A stretch of 64,000 nucleotides of DNA from an uncultured Solirubrobacterales bacterium. GTDB lineage: Bacteria > Actinomycetota > Thermoleophilia > Solirubrobacterales > Solirubrobacteraceae. The DNA lies in NCBI GenBank assembly GCA_963822855.1, contig CAWGJE010000005.1:81622-145621 (forward strand). The letters are read 5' to 3'. Shown in pieces: positions 38,974 through 48,593 of this stretch (within the stretch, counting starts at the first letter, position 1; every line of letters starts with the position of its first letter). A program made the translations under genes and the position numbers. The notes under the pieces are model-generated. The model did no database searches. It was not told the DNA's origin and saw only the letters and a list, made by a program, of their open reading frames with translations.

Positions 38974-39561
38974 CTATGGCGTCGATTCGGTGTCCTTCGG
39001 TCCCCTGCTCGGAATCGCCGCCTCGAGCCAGCGACTCAGCGCGCGGCGGCCGACGAGCGTGATCTCTCCGTCGGCTCCGAGCCAGTCGCGGACGCGCAGC
39101 TCGCGGACGATCCCGAGCGCATCGCTCGGGCCGGGGCCGCCGCCGCGCGCGGTCAGCGCGTCGGTGCCGGGCTCGACCATCCAGCGCCGTGACTCGAGCG
39201 CCGCCAGCGCGATGCCCTGCTCGTCGGTCGGGAGATCCAGCGGATGCGGCGCGGCGCTTCGCAGCGGGTCGTCGCTGCGCAGCGGGCGATCGCTCCGCAC
39301 CGGGTCCTCGCCGGCAGGCTCGCGGCGCTGGGGCGGCATCCGGAACGGGAGGTCCTCGTCGACCCGCTCGGCCTGGGATCGCAGCCAGCTCCCCGCGCTC
39401 TCGACCCAATCCTTCGCCGCGCTCGCGTCGACGCCAAACATCTGCGCGAACTCGTCTACATCGATGTTGTCCACTGCACGTTCGACGGAGCGTCCCAACT
39501 CGCGCGCGATCTCGCGCAACGTGTCCTCGAAGCTCCCGCCACTAGGTTCGTCTTCAGCCAT
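38974..39561 (-). CDS. Hypothetical protein
   Basis: Good codon bias, fills the gap, and CATCAT lies 6 nt before ATG 39561. Confidence 0.65.
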   Translation of the reverse strand: MAEDEPSGGSFEDTLREIARELGRSVERAVDNIDVDEFAQMFGVDASAAKDWVESAGSWLRSQAERVDEDLPFRMPPQRREPAGEDPVRSDRPLRSDDPLRSAAPHPLDLPTDEQGIALAALESRRWMVEPGTDALTARGGGPGPSDALGIVRELRVRDWLGADGEITLVGRRALSRWLEAAIPSRGPKDTESTP

Positions 39562-39604
39562 GAGCACATGATGACACGCCCCGGACCGATTGAATGGGCG
39601 GACC

Positions 39605-40468
39605 GTGAGTTGTGACTGGCTACTGGTCGACGGGTCGAGCATGATCTTTCGCGCCTTCTATGGCGTGCCGGCGGGCGAGCCGGGGCCGGACGGCTTCCAC
39701 GTGAACGCGATCCGCGGGTCCCTCGAACGCCTCGCCCGCCTCGTCGTTCAGCGCCGGCCACGCCACCTCGCGGTCGCCGATGACGAATCCTGGCGCCCAG
39801 ACTGGCGCGTCGACTTGATCCCGACATACAAGTCCCACAGGGTGGCCGAGCCCGTGCCGCCGGGGCTCGCGCCGCAGCTGCCGGTGATCCGCGACCTCCT
39901 GGCAGCGATCGGGGTCGACATGGTCGGGGTCGCCGAACATGAGGCCGAGGACGTGATCGCCACGTGGGCACGGCAGGCCCCAGGGACGATCGAGATCGCG
40001 AGCGGTGACCGCGATCTGTTCGCGCTGGTCGAGAGCCCGCGGGTATGCGTCCTGTATCCGGAGAAGGCCGGCCTCGCCGTGATCGACGAGGACGAGGTGA
40101 CGCGTCGCTACAACATCCCAGGCCGGCGCTACGGCGACTTCGCGATCCTCCGCGGCGATCCTTCGGACGGCCTTCCCGGTCTGAAGGGGGTGGGTGCGGT
40201 CACCGCGGCCGGCATGATCCGCCGTCACGGCGACATCGCCGGCGTGCTCCGCGAGCGCGAGTTGCGCGACGGCGACCGCGCGTATCTCGAGAGCGCGATC
40301 AGGGTCGTACCGCCGGTCGACGATCTGCCGATCGACCTCCCCGCCGGCCGGCGGGACTCCTACCCTGCGGACGGCGCGGCGATGAACGCTCTGGCCGCGC
40401 GCTACGGAGTACGAGACGCGTGCGCGCGGCTGCTCAGCGCCGTGCGGCGACTCGCGTCGAGCCCCTGA
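39605..40468 (+). CDS. Stand-alone 5'-3' exonuclease / flap endonuclease
   Basis: LLVDGSSMIFRAFY, YKSHR, EAEDVIA, SGDRDL, GDPSDGLPGLKGVG. Confidence 0.92.
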   Translation: MSCDWLLVDGSSMIFRAFYGVPAGEPGPDGFHVNAIRGSLERLARLVVQRRPRHLAVADDESWRPDWRVDLIPTYKSHRVAEPVPPGLAPQLPVIRDLLAAIGVDMVGVAEHEAEDVIATWARQAPGTIEIASGDRDLFALVESPRVCVLYPEKAGLAVIDEDEVTRRYNIPGRRYGDFAILRGDPSDGLPGLKGVGAVTAAGMIRRHGDIAGVLRERELRDGDRAYLESAIRVVPPVDDLPIDLPAGRRDSYPADGAAMNALAARYGVRDACARLLSAVRRLASSP

Positions 40469-40478
40469 CGCTGCGGGC

Positions 40479-42110
40479 TCACGCGCCCGGGACCACGGTC
40501 AGAACGAGGCGCGACGGGCGGTCCGCGTCGTGGTACAGGACGTTGTGGGCGATCACGCCTTCGGTGGCGACCGTCTCGTCGCCGCCCGTCCCGAGGTTGA
40601 CCGCGAACTTGGGGTGCGCCGAAGAGGCGATCTCGACGCGGATCCGGTGGCCGGGCTGGAAGCGCTGCGCGGTGTCCCACATCGCGACCACGACCTCGTA
40701 GACCGTACCGGGCTCGACCGGCGCCGCCCGCTCGTGGCCGTCGCGGTAGCGCAGCCGGACGAGCCCGTCGCACAGTCGCTGGGCGAAGCCGTTCGGATGC
40801 ACATCGAGCAGCTTCGCCGCGACGTCGGTGTCCAGGGCCGAGGTCGACACGTACGCCACGAGCCGCACCGGTCCAATCACGTCCAGCGGCTCGCTCAGCT
40901 TCTCGCTCGTGAACACGAGCACATCGCCGCGCGTCTGCACCCCTGCGAAGTCGTCGGGACCGCCAATCTGGGCCGAGGAGGCGGCCGTGATGAACGGGAC
41001 TGGGCGGTCGGGATCGTGCAGCCACTCGTCGGCGGGCGCGCCGGCCGGTGGCGGAACGTCGCCGAGGCGGCCGTCGCCGAATCGCGAGGTGGCGCCGCCG
41101 TCGCTGCCGAGGTACCAGATCCGCTCGGCGCTCCCCGGAGGCGGCCACGCCGGCAGATCCTGCCATTCGTTGGCGCCCATCAGGAACATGCGCACCGGCG
41201 CGACCGATGGCATTGGCGCCCGGTCGCGGACCATCTCGTCGAGGAAGCCGGTCATGATCGCGGGCAGGTCGACGACCGATTCGTGCCCGAAGTCGACGTC
41301 GCCCAACTTCCGGTCCGCATTCACCTGGTGGCCCCACGGGCCCATCAGCAGACGCTGCCCAGACCGGCCGGCCGACGTCATCGCAGCGAAATTCGCGGGG
41401 GTCCCGATTTCCTCATCGTCGTACCAGCCCGAGATGTGGAGCACGGGCACGTCGACCTCCGTGATGCGGTGCTGGTAGCGCAGCGGCTCCCAGTAGTCGT
41501 CGAGCGTCTGATGGCGGCATTCCTCGCGCCAGAGCGGGGAATGAAAGCCGGCGGCGTCGTCGAGGTCGACGATCGGCCGGTGCCGGTAGACCTCCATCCA
41601 GTCGACGGCGCCCGTGTACTGCGGAACCTGGCCGTCGGTCATCCGGTACCAGTGCACGTGCATCGGCCCGGGCACGCCGGTCGGGTTCTCGACGAACGGA
41701 TCGGAGGGCGTGACGAGCACGATCATCGCTCGCAGCGCCGGCGGACGGTGCAACGCCGTGAGCCACTGGATCCGCCCGGGATAGCTTCCGCCGTAGGTCG
41801 CGACAGCGCCGTCGCACCAGTCCTGCGCGGCCGCCCAGGCGATCACGTCGACCCCATCGAGGCCGTCGTTCCGGTAGGGCTCGAACCGCCCCTCGGAGTC
41901 GCCGCGGCCGCGCACGTCGACCCAGACCGCCGCGTATCCGGCCTTCGCGAATACGTCGGCGCGCTCGGTGGCGAGCTCTCCGCCGCGCCCGTACGGGGTT
42001 CGCATCACGACGGCCGGCGCCGGCCGCTGCGCCGGCAGCACGAGATCGGCGGCAAGCGTGATCCCGTCCCGCATCGGGATCCGGACGTTGAAGCGGCGGC
42101 CGAGGCTCAT
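40479..42110 (-). CDS. CocE/NonD (S15 family) hydrolase, cytoplasmic
   Basis: PMRDGITL, RTPYG, DVRGRGDSEG, GGSYPG, GWYD, GPWGH. Confidence 0.92.
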   Translation of the reverse strand: MSLGRRFNVRIPMRDGITLAADLVLPAQRPAPAVVMRTPYGRGGELATERADVFAKAGYAAVWVDVRGRGDSEGRFEPYRNDGLDGVDVIAWAAAQDWCDGAVATYGGSYPGRIQWLTALHRPPALRAMIVLVTPSDPFVENPTGVPGPMHVHWYRMTDGQVPQYTGAVDWMEVYRHRPIVDLDDAAGFHSPLWREECRHQTLDDYWEPLRYQHRITEVDVPVLHISGWYDDEEIGTPANFAAMTSAGRSGQRLLMGPWGHQVNADRKLGDVDFGHESVVDLPAIMTGFLDEMVRDRAPMPSVAPVRMFLMGANEWQDLPAWPPPGSAERIWYLGSDGGATSRFGDGRLGDVPPPAGAPADEWLHDPDRPVPFITAASSAQIGGPDDFAGVQTRGDVLVFTSEKLSEPLDVIGPVRLVAYVSTSALDTDVAAKLLDVHPNGFAQRLCDGLVRLRYRDGHERAAPVEPGTVYEVVVAMWDTAQRFQPGHRIRVEIASSAHPKFAVNLGTGGDETVATEGVIAHNVLYHDADRPSRLVLTVVPGA

Positions 42111-42119
42111 CCGCCGCAC

Positions 42120-42893
42120 TCAGCCGCAGCCCGTGATCCCGCCGTCGAGCGGGATCACCGCGCCGGTCAGGTACGAGCCGGCTCGCGAGGCGAGGAACAC
42201 GGTCAGACCGGCGGCGTCGTCGGGTCGCCCGATACGGCCGAGGGGGACCATCCGCGCCACCTCGGCCCGCTTCTCGGGCGTGTCGAGCATGAACGCCATC
42301 ATCTTGCTCTGGAACGGCCCAGGCGCGATCGCGTTGACCGTTATCTGCTCGGAGGCCAGGCGCCGCGCAAGATGGCGGGTGAGCATGTGCACGGCGGCCT
42401 TGCTGGCGCTGTAGCTGTAGTTCTCGACGGCCGGGACCCGGATGCCGTCGATCGAGCCGATGTTGATCACCCGCGCCGGATCGTCTTCGCTGGCCGCCGC
42501 TCTCAACGCTGGGAGCAGCCTGACCGTCAAGTGGAACACGCCCTCGAGGTTGGTGTTGATGACCCGGTCCCATCCGGAGGCGGGGAACTCCTCGAGCGGC
42601 GCTCCCCAGGTGGCTCCCGAGTTGTTGACGAGAATGTGCAGCGCGTCAAAGCGCGCCCGCACGGCCTCGGCAAGCGCGCCAGCGCCCTCCGGCGTCGACA
42701 GGTCCGCCGGAATCGCCTCGCAGTCGCCGAACGTGCGCAGCTCCGCCGCCGCGGCCTCGAGGTCTTCGGCCTTCCGCGACGCGATCACGACGCGCACGCC
42801 GGCCTGGACGAGCCCCCGGGAGATCATCAGCCCGATGCCGCGCCCGCCGCCGGTCACCAGCGCGGTCTTGCCAGAGACGTCGAACAGGTCCAC
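42120..42893 (-). CDS. SDR-family oxidoreductase
   Basis: TGGGRGIG, LVNNSG, IGSIDG, YSASK, VNAIAPG. Confidence 0.93.
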   Translation of the reverse strand: MDLFDVSGKTALVTGGGRGIGLMISRGLVQAGVRVVIASRKAEDLEAAAAELRTFGDCEAIPADLSTPEGAGALAEAVRARFDALHILVNNSGATWGAPLEEFPASGWDRVINTNLEGVFHLTVRLLPALRAAASEDDPARVINIGSIDGIRVPAVENYSYSASKAAVHMLTRHLARRLASEQITVNAIAPGPFQSKMMAFMLDTPEKRAEVARMVPLGRIGRPDDAAGLTVFLASRAGSYLTGAVIPLDGGITGCG

Positions 42894-42931
42894 GCGCGCA
42901 TCCTATGACCCTGCGATTCGCGTGTAGCCGC

Positions 42932-42959
42932 TAAAGCACGGCGCGCCGCCTGTCGATCA
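42932..42959 (+). promoter_or_regulatory. Sigma-28 (FliA/WhiG)-type promoter candidate
   Basis: TAAAG-N15-GTCGATCA upstream of the PilZ gene. Confidence 0.55.
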
Positions 42960-43016
42960 TCGGAGTGTTCGGGGAAACCGGACGGTTGTCCCCTACACCG
43001 ATGGAATCCTTCGGCC

Positions 43017-43619
43017 TTGCGACGACTGAAGCACGATCAGCGAGTAGACATTCATCTCGACAGTGAGGATCACGCTGTCGGTTGTCGGGTTGCCGCCGTT
43101 CAAGGGAGCGTCGCGACGCTGACGCTGGTCACCGAGGTTCCGGCCGAGGTGTTCGAGAAGTTCACGCCCGGAGAGCTCGGTTACCTGCTGTTCGAGCACC
43201 GTGGCGCGATGACCGCGCTCAAGGGCATCGCCACCGCCAGCCCGGCCGACCCGACGGAGCTCGCGTTCGTCGTGATCGACGGAGTCCAGCTGCCCGAGCG
43301 TCGCGCCGCCCAGCGGTTCCAGATCGGCGCTCTGGCGCGGATCTCGCCGTCGGCCGGCGCTGAGGAAGCGGACGGCGTCGAGGCGGCCGCAGCGAACGTG
43401 AGCGTCAGCGGGGTGCTGATCGAGCGACCCGCCGGGCTCGCCGAGGGCCCCGGCTTCCGGCTCGAGCTCGTGCTCGAGGATGACGCCACGCCGATCCGCT
43501 GCGCCGCCAGCGTCGTGCGCGAGACGCCCACCCACATCGCGCTGAAGTTCACCGACATTGCGGACGCCGATCGCATCCGGCTGGCGGGCATGATCCGCCA
43601 CCGGGCGCTCGCCGCTTAG
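43017..43619 (+). CDS. PilZ-domain c-di-GMP receptor (YcgR-like two-domain layout)
   Basis: RxxxR (ERRAAQR) and NxSxxG (NVSVSG) after an N-terminal beta-rich domain. Confidence 0.85.
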   Translation: MRRLKHDQRVDIHLDSEDHAVGCRVAAVQGSVATLTLVTEVPAEVFEKFTPGELGYLLFEHRGAMTALKGIATASPADPTELAFVVIDGVQLPERRAAQRFQIGALARISPSAGAEEADGVEAAAANVSVSGVLIERPAGLAEGPGFRLELVLEDDATPIRCAASVVRETPTHIALKFTDIADADRIRLAGMIRHRALAA

Positions 43620-43867
43620 TCCCGCCGGGTCGCGGCGATCCGCACCTCTGCCTCCTCAGGCGAGGATTCGGCGGTCGGCGGTGGGGCGCTCCGATCTCGC
43701 GGGCGTGGCTTGGTCTCGTACGGCAGACGGCCGGCGCGTCGAGCTTGTTCGGTCAGCAGGTACTCGATCTGCGCGTTGATGCTCCGAAGATCGTCGTTCG
43801 CCCAGCGGCGGAGCGCCTCGAACAGGCGCGGGTCGAGTCGGAGTAGGAAGCGCTTGCTTTCGGGCAT
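43616..43867 (-). CDS. Ribbon-helix-helix (Arc-like) DNA-binding protein
   Basis: [30 protein letters not shown]. Confidence 0.85.
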   Translation of the reverse strand: MPESKRFLLRLDPRLFEALRRWANDDLRSINAQIEYLLTEQARRAGRLPYETKPRPRDRSAPPPTAESSPEEAEVRIAATRRD

Positions 43868-43953
43868 TGCTTCCTTACCTTAGCTTCGGAGCCGGCCGCC
43901 GCCGGGGCGGACGTTCGTCCACCCCGGCGGGTCAGCTCACGGCCCGGGTCAGC

Positions 43954-44445
43954 TCACGGCTCGTACGAGCCCGGCGTCCAGGCGCGTGTGCTCACGCCGA
44001 TCGCGTTCCAGGCGTTGATCGCCACGATCAGGCTGACCAACGCGCCGATCTCGGCTTCGCTGAACTGCTCGGAGACCGCCTCGTAGTCTTCGGCCGGTAC
44101 GTGGTCGCGGGCCATCAGTGTGGCCGACTCCGTGAACGCGAGCGCCGCGCGTTCGCGTTCGGTGAAGAACGGCGTCTCGCGCCAGGCGCTGAGCGCGTAC
44201 AGGCGCTGCTCGGTTTCGCCGATCGCGCGAGCGTCCTTGGTGTGCATGTCGATGCAGTAGGCGCATCCGTTGATCTGCGAGGCCCGGATCCGCACCAGCT
44301 CGCGCAGCGGCGGATCGAACTCGACCTTGTCGAGTTGCTTGGTCGCGGCGTGATCGAGGTGCGCCATGGCCTTGGCGAAGTCGGCCGCATGGGTGTCGAA
44401 GTCGAGCCGGACAGGGATCTCGTATGGGGACTGTGTGGTTGTCAT
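43954..44445 (-). CDS. AhpD/carboxymuconolactone decarboxylase family protein
   Basis: ELVRIRASQINGCAYCIDMH, ERERAAL, INAWN. TAGGTT lies 6 nt before ATG 44445. Confidence 0.92.
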   Translation of the reverse strand: MTTTQSPYEIPVRLDFDTHAADFAKAMAHLDHAATKQLDKVEFDPPLRELVRIRASQINGCAYCIDMHTKDARAIGETEQRLYALSAWRETPFFTERERAALAFTESATLMARDHVPAEDYEAVSEQFSEAEIGALVSLIVAINAWNAIGVSTRAWTPGSYEP

Positions 44446-44494
44446 GGCCACAACCTATCGCCTATGCGGCCCGCGGTTAAGATCCATTCTGCTG

Positions 44495-45889
44495 ATGAAA
44501 ACGTGGGCCATTTCTGGCGTCGATCTGCACCTCGACCTCGCGGGGACGCGCGTGCGCGCCGCGCTCGAGACCGCCCTGCGCGACGCGGTTTCGACCGGGC
44601 GGCTGGGGCCCGGAAGCCGCCTGCCATCCTCTCGGGCGCTGGCCGCCGACCTCGGCATCGCGCGGAACACGGTTGCCGAGGCCTATGGCCAACTCGTCGC
44701 CGAGGGGTGGCTCACTGCCGCACAGGGCTCGGGGACGCGGGTCGCGCAGCGGCCTGAGGCGACCGAGCCCGCAGCGCCGGGACACTCGGCACCCGAACGC
44801 CGGATTCGCTTCGACCTCAGTCCGGGCTCACCCGACGTATCGGCGTTCCCGCGTTCGGCGTGGCTCAGCGCGGCGCGGCGCGCGCTCACCGGCGCCTCGT
44901 TCCGGGCGCTCGACTACGGCGACCCGCGCGGCGTGCCGGAGTTGCGAGCCGCGCTCGCCGAGTACGTCGCGCGCGCCCGCGGGGTCCGCGTAACCCCAGA
45001 CCGCGTCGTGGTCTGCTCGGGCTTCACGCAGGGGTTCCGGCTCCTATGCGAGGCGCTCCACGCCCGCGGCGCGGGAACGCTCTCGATCGAGCGCTACATC
45101 CAGCCGGCCACCGCCCGCGCGGCGAGCGCATGCGGTTTCAGGCTTGCGCCGATCGACGTCGACGACGACGGTGCCGCCGTCGAACAACTCGCCTCGTCCG
45201 ACGTCGCCCTGCTCACGCCGGCCCACCAGTTCCCGATCGGAGCACCGCTCGTTGCCCGGCGTCGCGGGATCGCGGTCGAGTGGACGCAGGCGACCGGCGG
45301 GCTGATCATCGAGGACGACTACGACGGCGAGTTCCGCTACGACCGCCACCCGCTGGGCTCGCTGCAGGCGCTGGCCCCGCAGCGGGTGGTGTACGCCGGG
45401 ACCGCGAGCAAGACGCTCGCGCCCGGGGTGCGCCTGGGCTGGCTCGTCCTCCCCGCCGATCTCGTCGACGAAGTCGTCGCCGCCAAGGCGCTCGCGGACC
45501 GCAACAGCAGCGCGATCGACCAGCTCACGCTGGCGGAGCTCATCGTCTCCGGCGCCTACGACCGGCACGTCAGGCGTTCGCGTCTGGTCTACCGCCGCCG
45601 GCGGGACAGGCTGGTGGCGGCGCTCCGTCGTCACGTACCGCGAGTCCGGATCTCGGGGATCGCCGCTGGCCTGCACGCGCTGGTCGAACTGCCCGACGGC
45701 CTCCCGGAGGAGGCCGTCGTCACCCGCGCCGCCGAACGCGGACTGTCGCTCCAGGGGCTCGGCGAGTACGCGCACGGACCCCACACCCACCCTCCCGCGC
45801 TTGTCGTCGGCTACGCCAAGCCCCCCGAGCACGCGTTCACGGCGGCCGTCGCGCGACTGGCCGCGGTGCTCCGCGACGCTACCGGCTGA
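44495..45889 (+). CDS. MocR/PdxR-type GntR regulator with PLP-aminotransferase domain
   Basis: RLPSSRALA..LGIARNTV..AY, TPAHQFP, IIEDDYDGEFRY, SKTLAPGVRLGW. Confidence 0.93.
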   Translation: MKTWAISGVDLHLDLAGTRVRAALETALRDAVSTGRLGPGSRLPSSRALAADLGIARNTVAEAYGQLVAEGWLTAAQGSGTRVAQRPEATEPAAPGHSAPERRIRFDLSPGSPDVSAFPRSAWLSAARRALTGASFRALDYGDPRGVPELRAALAEYVARARGVRVTPDRVVVCSGFTQGFRLLCEALHARGAGTLSIERYIQPATARAASACGFRLAPIDVDDDGAAVEQLASSDVALLTPAHQFPIGAPLVARRRGIAVEWTQATGGLIIEDDYDGEFRYDRHPLGSLQALAPQRVVYAGTASKTLAPGVRLGWLVLPADLVDEVVAAKALADRNSSAIDQLTLAELIVSGAYDRHVRRSRLVYRRRRDRLVAALRRHVPRVRISGIAAGLHALVELPDGLPEEAVVTRAAERGLSLQGLGEYAHGPHTHPPALVVGYAKPPEHAFTAAVARLAAVLRDATG

Positions 45890-46087
45890 CCGCGGAACCC
45901 GGCTGCAGGCGCGCGGCCGGCGCGGCCTTCGACCGCTATTTCATCACCCCAACCCCGGGCACTTCTCACTCGCCATCCCCACCCGCGGTGAATTCACGTT
46001 CACCCGGCCGTGGTGCGGACAACTGCTCACTCGCCGCGCACCGAGTCGAGTGCTGAGTTTCCCGCAATCCGCGCCACACTGCTCCGG

Positions 46088-47245
46088 ATGCGCAAATCCG
46101 AGGTGATCGTCGTCGGACTGGGTGCGATGGGCAGCGCCGCGTGCTTTCAGCTCGCGACCCGCGGAGTGTCGGTCATCGGGATCGACCAGTACGCGCCGCC
46201 CCACCCGTGGGGCTCGACCCACGGTGACACCCGCGTCACGCGCGAGGCGATCGGAGAGGGACAAGAGTACGTGCCGCTCGTGCGCCGGTCGCACCAGTTG
46301 TGGCGCGAGATCGAGCGCGAGTCGGGCGCGCGCCTGCTCACACAGTGCGGGATTGTCGTCCTCGCTTACCCGTCGAGCGAGTTCCTAGAAGAGACAAGGG
46401 CATCGGCGCGCGCGTACGAGATCGAGCACGAGGACCTCGGGAACGCCGAGGCCTGCGCTCGGTTCCCGATGCTCGCGCTCGACGACGAGATCGTCGCCTA
46501 CTACGAGCCGGGAGCGGGTTACGTGCGGCCCGAGGCGGCGGTCGCCACACAGCTCGGTCTCGCCCGCCGCGCCGGCGCGCGACTCCGTCTCGGCGAGCGC
46601 GTCCAAACGTGGGCGGTGTCACCCCAAGGGGTCACCGTCACCACCGACGTTGACACGTACGCCGCCGACCAGCTGCTGCTGTGCGCCGGAGCGTGGATCC
46701 GCGACCTGTTCCCCGAGGGTCGCGACATGTTCGCCGTCTACCGCCAGCTCCTGTACTGGTTCCCGATCCGCACCGGGTACGCGCAACTTCGCGACATGCC
46801 GGGCTTCATCTGGGATCTCGGCGGCCGCGAGGACGAGATCGTTCACCTCGACGGGTTCTACGGGCTCCCCGCGATCGACGGTCCCGACGGCGGCGTCAAG
46901 GTGGCGGCCGAGGCCTATGAGCGCACCACCACGCCGGACGGCCGGCAGCATCCAGCGACCCGCTCCGAGAGCGAGAGCATGTACAAGCAGTGCATCGCGC
47001 CATACCTCCCGTGGCTCGGCGAGATGCCGCTCAGGACGGTGTCGTGCCTATACACGAGCACTCGCGGGAATCGGTTCGTGATCGACCGTCACCCCGAGCA
47101 CGACTCGGTTCTGATCGTGTCCGCCTGCTCGGGTCACGGGTTCAAGCACTCGCCGGCGATCGGCGAGGCCGTCGCGCAGTGGTTGACCGGACGTCAGCCC
47201 ACCATCGACCTGAGCCCGTTCAGCTTTTCGAACCCTCGCCTATAA
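46088..47245 (+). CDS. solA: N-methyl-L-tryptophan oxidase / monomeric sarcosine oxidase
   Basis: IVVGLGAMGS, GSTHGDTR, CAGAW, CLYT, CSGHGFKHSPAIGE. Confidence 0.88.
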   Translation: MRKSEVIVVGLGAMGSAACFQLATRGVSVIGIDQYAPPHPWGSTHGDTRVTREAIGEGQEYVPLVRRSHQLWREIERESGARLLTQCGIVVLAYPSSEFLEETRASARAYEIEHEDLGNAEACARFPMLALDDEIVAYYEPGAGYVRPEAAVATQLGLARRAGARLRLGERVQTWAVSPQGVTVTTDVDTYAADQLLLCAGAWIRDLFPEGRDMFAVYRQLLYWFPIRTGYAQLRDMPGFIWDLGGREDEIVHLDGFYGLPAIDGPDGGVKVAAEAYERTTTPDGRQHPATRSESESMYKQCIAPYLPWLGEMPLRTVSCLYTSTRGNRFVIDRHPEHDSVLIVSACSGHGFKHSPAIGEAVAQWLTGRQPTIDLSPFSFSNPRL

Positions 47246-47289
47246 GGCCACAAACCGCACCGGCGGCGTTGTACGCTGGACGCGGGGTC

Positions 47290-48522
47290 ATGGACGAAGA
47301 GGTAGACGAAGGAGCGAGGGGACGCGCCGGGGAGGACAAGGCGGTTGACCCGTTGCTGGTCGCGCCGGCGGCCGTTCTCGAGGGGTTGCCGGACGCGGTG
47401 GTGGCCGCGGCGCGCGACGGGCGCATCGTGTTCGTGAATGCGCTCGCCGAGGAGCTGTTCGGCTACCCGCGCCATGAGCTTCTCGGGCAGCCCGTCTACG
47501 TGCTCTGGCCCGAGCGTGTTCGCGATCGCTACACCCGCAACATGGAGCTGTACTTCGCCACCGAGCATCCGTTGCGGTTCTCGACCGCGGCGTGGGGCCT
47601 GCGCCGAGACGGCTCGGAGTTCATCGGCGAGATGAGCTGGGGAATCGTCGAGACATCCGCCGGCCAGCTGCTCCTCGCGGTCGGTCGCGACATCTCCGAG
47701 CAGCGCGCCGCCGAGGCGCGGCTGCGCGCGGTCGCGGCGATGGGCGAACGCGCTCTAGCCGGCGCCGATCCCGCGGACATCGCCTTCGAAGCGATCGAAC
47801 GGCTGCGCAAGCTACTTCCCGTGGCGGCCGCGGAGGTGCGGCTCTCCGAAGGCGCGTCGCTCGCGACATACGGACCCGATCCCGAGGCGGGCCTGCGGTT
47901 TGCGATCGGCACCGGGGATGAGCTGCTGGTCGCTCCCACACGCCCTTTGGCGGAGGAGGAATTCAGCTTCGTGCGGGCGGTCGCACACACGCTCGCGACC
48001 GCGCTGGCTCGGCTCCGCGACGAGGAGCGCATGCGCCACGAGGCCGTGCACGACCCGCTGACCGGGCTCGCGAACCGCACGCTGATGCGTGACCGCCTCG
48101 AGCACGCGCTCGCGCGCTCGGAGCGCGAGACCGGCGCGACCGCGGTGCTGTTCGTCGACCTCGACAACTTCAAGCGAGTCAACGACGAACACGGCCACGC
48201 CGCCGGGGACGCCGCGCTCGTGGAGTTGGGCCGGCGCCTCCAGACCGCGGTCCGTCCCGGCGACACGATCGCGCGCATGGGCGGCGACGAGTTCGTCGCG
48301 CTGTGCGAGGACGTCAGCGAGGAGTCGGCGCTCGCCGTCGGCCGGCGTCTGCTCGAGGCGATCCGGATGCCGTTCACCTCGGGCGGCGTCGAGCACCAGC
48401 TGTCGGCCAGCGTCGGGATCGCGCTCGGCCACTCCGATCCCGACGCTCTGCTCGCCAACGCCGACGCCGCCACCTACCGCGCCAAGGCCGCCGGGCGCGG
48501 CTGCATCGAGCTGTATCGCTAG
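47290..48522 (+). CDS. PAS-GGDEF diguanylate cyclase
   Basis: PAS domain, HDPLTGLANR, DLDNFKRVND..GH..GD, I-site RPGD and intact GGDEF. Confidence 0.92.
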   Translation: MDEEVDEGARGRAGEDKAVDPLLVAPAAVLEGLPDAVVAAARDGRIVFVNALAEELFGYPRHELLGQPVYVLWPERVRDRYTRNMELYFATEHPLRFSTAAWGLRRDGSEFIGEMSWGIVETSAGQLLLAVGRDISEQRAAEARLRAVAAMGERALAGADPADIAFEAIERLRKLLPVAAAEVRLSEGASLATYGPDPEAGLRFAIGTGDELLVAPTRPLAEEEFSFVRAVAHTLATALARLRDEERMRHEAVHDPLTGLANRTLMRDRLEHALARSERETGATAVLFVDLDNFKRVNDEHGHAAGDAALVELGRRLQTAVRPGDTIARMGGDEFVALCEDVSEESALAVGRRLLEAIRMPFTSGGVEHQLSASVGIALGHSDPDALLANADAATYRAKAAGRGCIELYR

Positions 48523-48593
48523 CCGCCGCTAGCGGCGGTGTCCGCAAGATCGGGGCGCGGACATGCGTTGCATGTTCACCACGGACGGTAGAG

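Noticed and set aside
40530-42908. Long antisense or alternative-frame ORFs (e.g. 40530-42908+, 8907-10616+, 20405-22108+, 13946-15499-, 23648-25198+)
   Set aside because: These are shadow ORFs expected in high-GC DNA. They overlap well-supported genes and show no motifs.
42961-43016. c-di-GMP or fluoride riboswitch before the PilZ gene
   Set aside because: The hairpin does not match the consensus I recall for either class. It is kept only as an unclassified leader structure.
45890-46087. Glycine riboswitch upstream of solA
   Set aside because: The characteristic GGAGA..CCGAAG..CUCUCAGG elements are not seen, and the gene looks leaderless.
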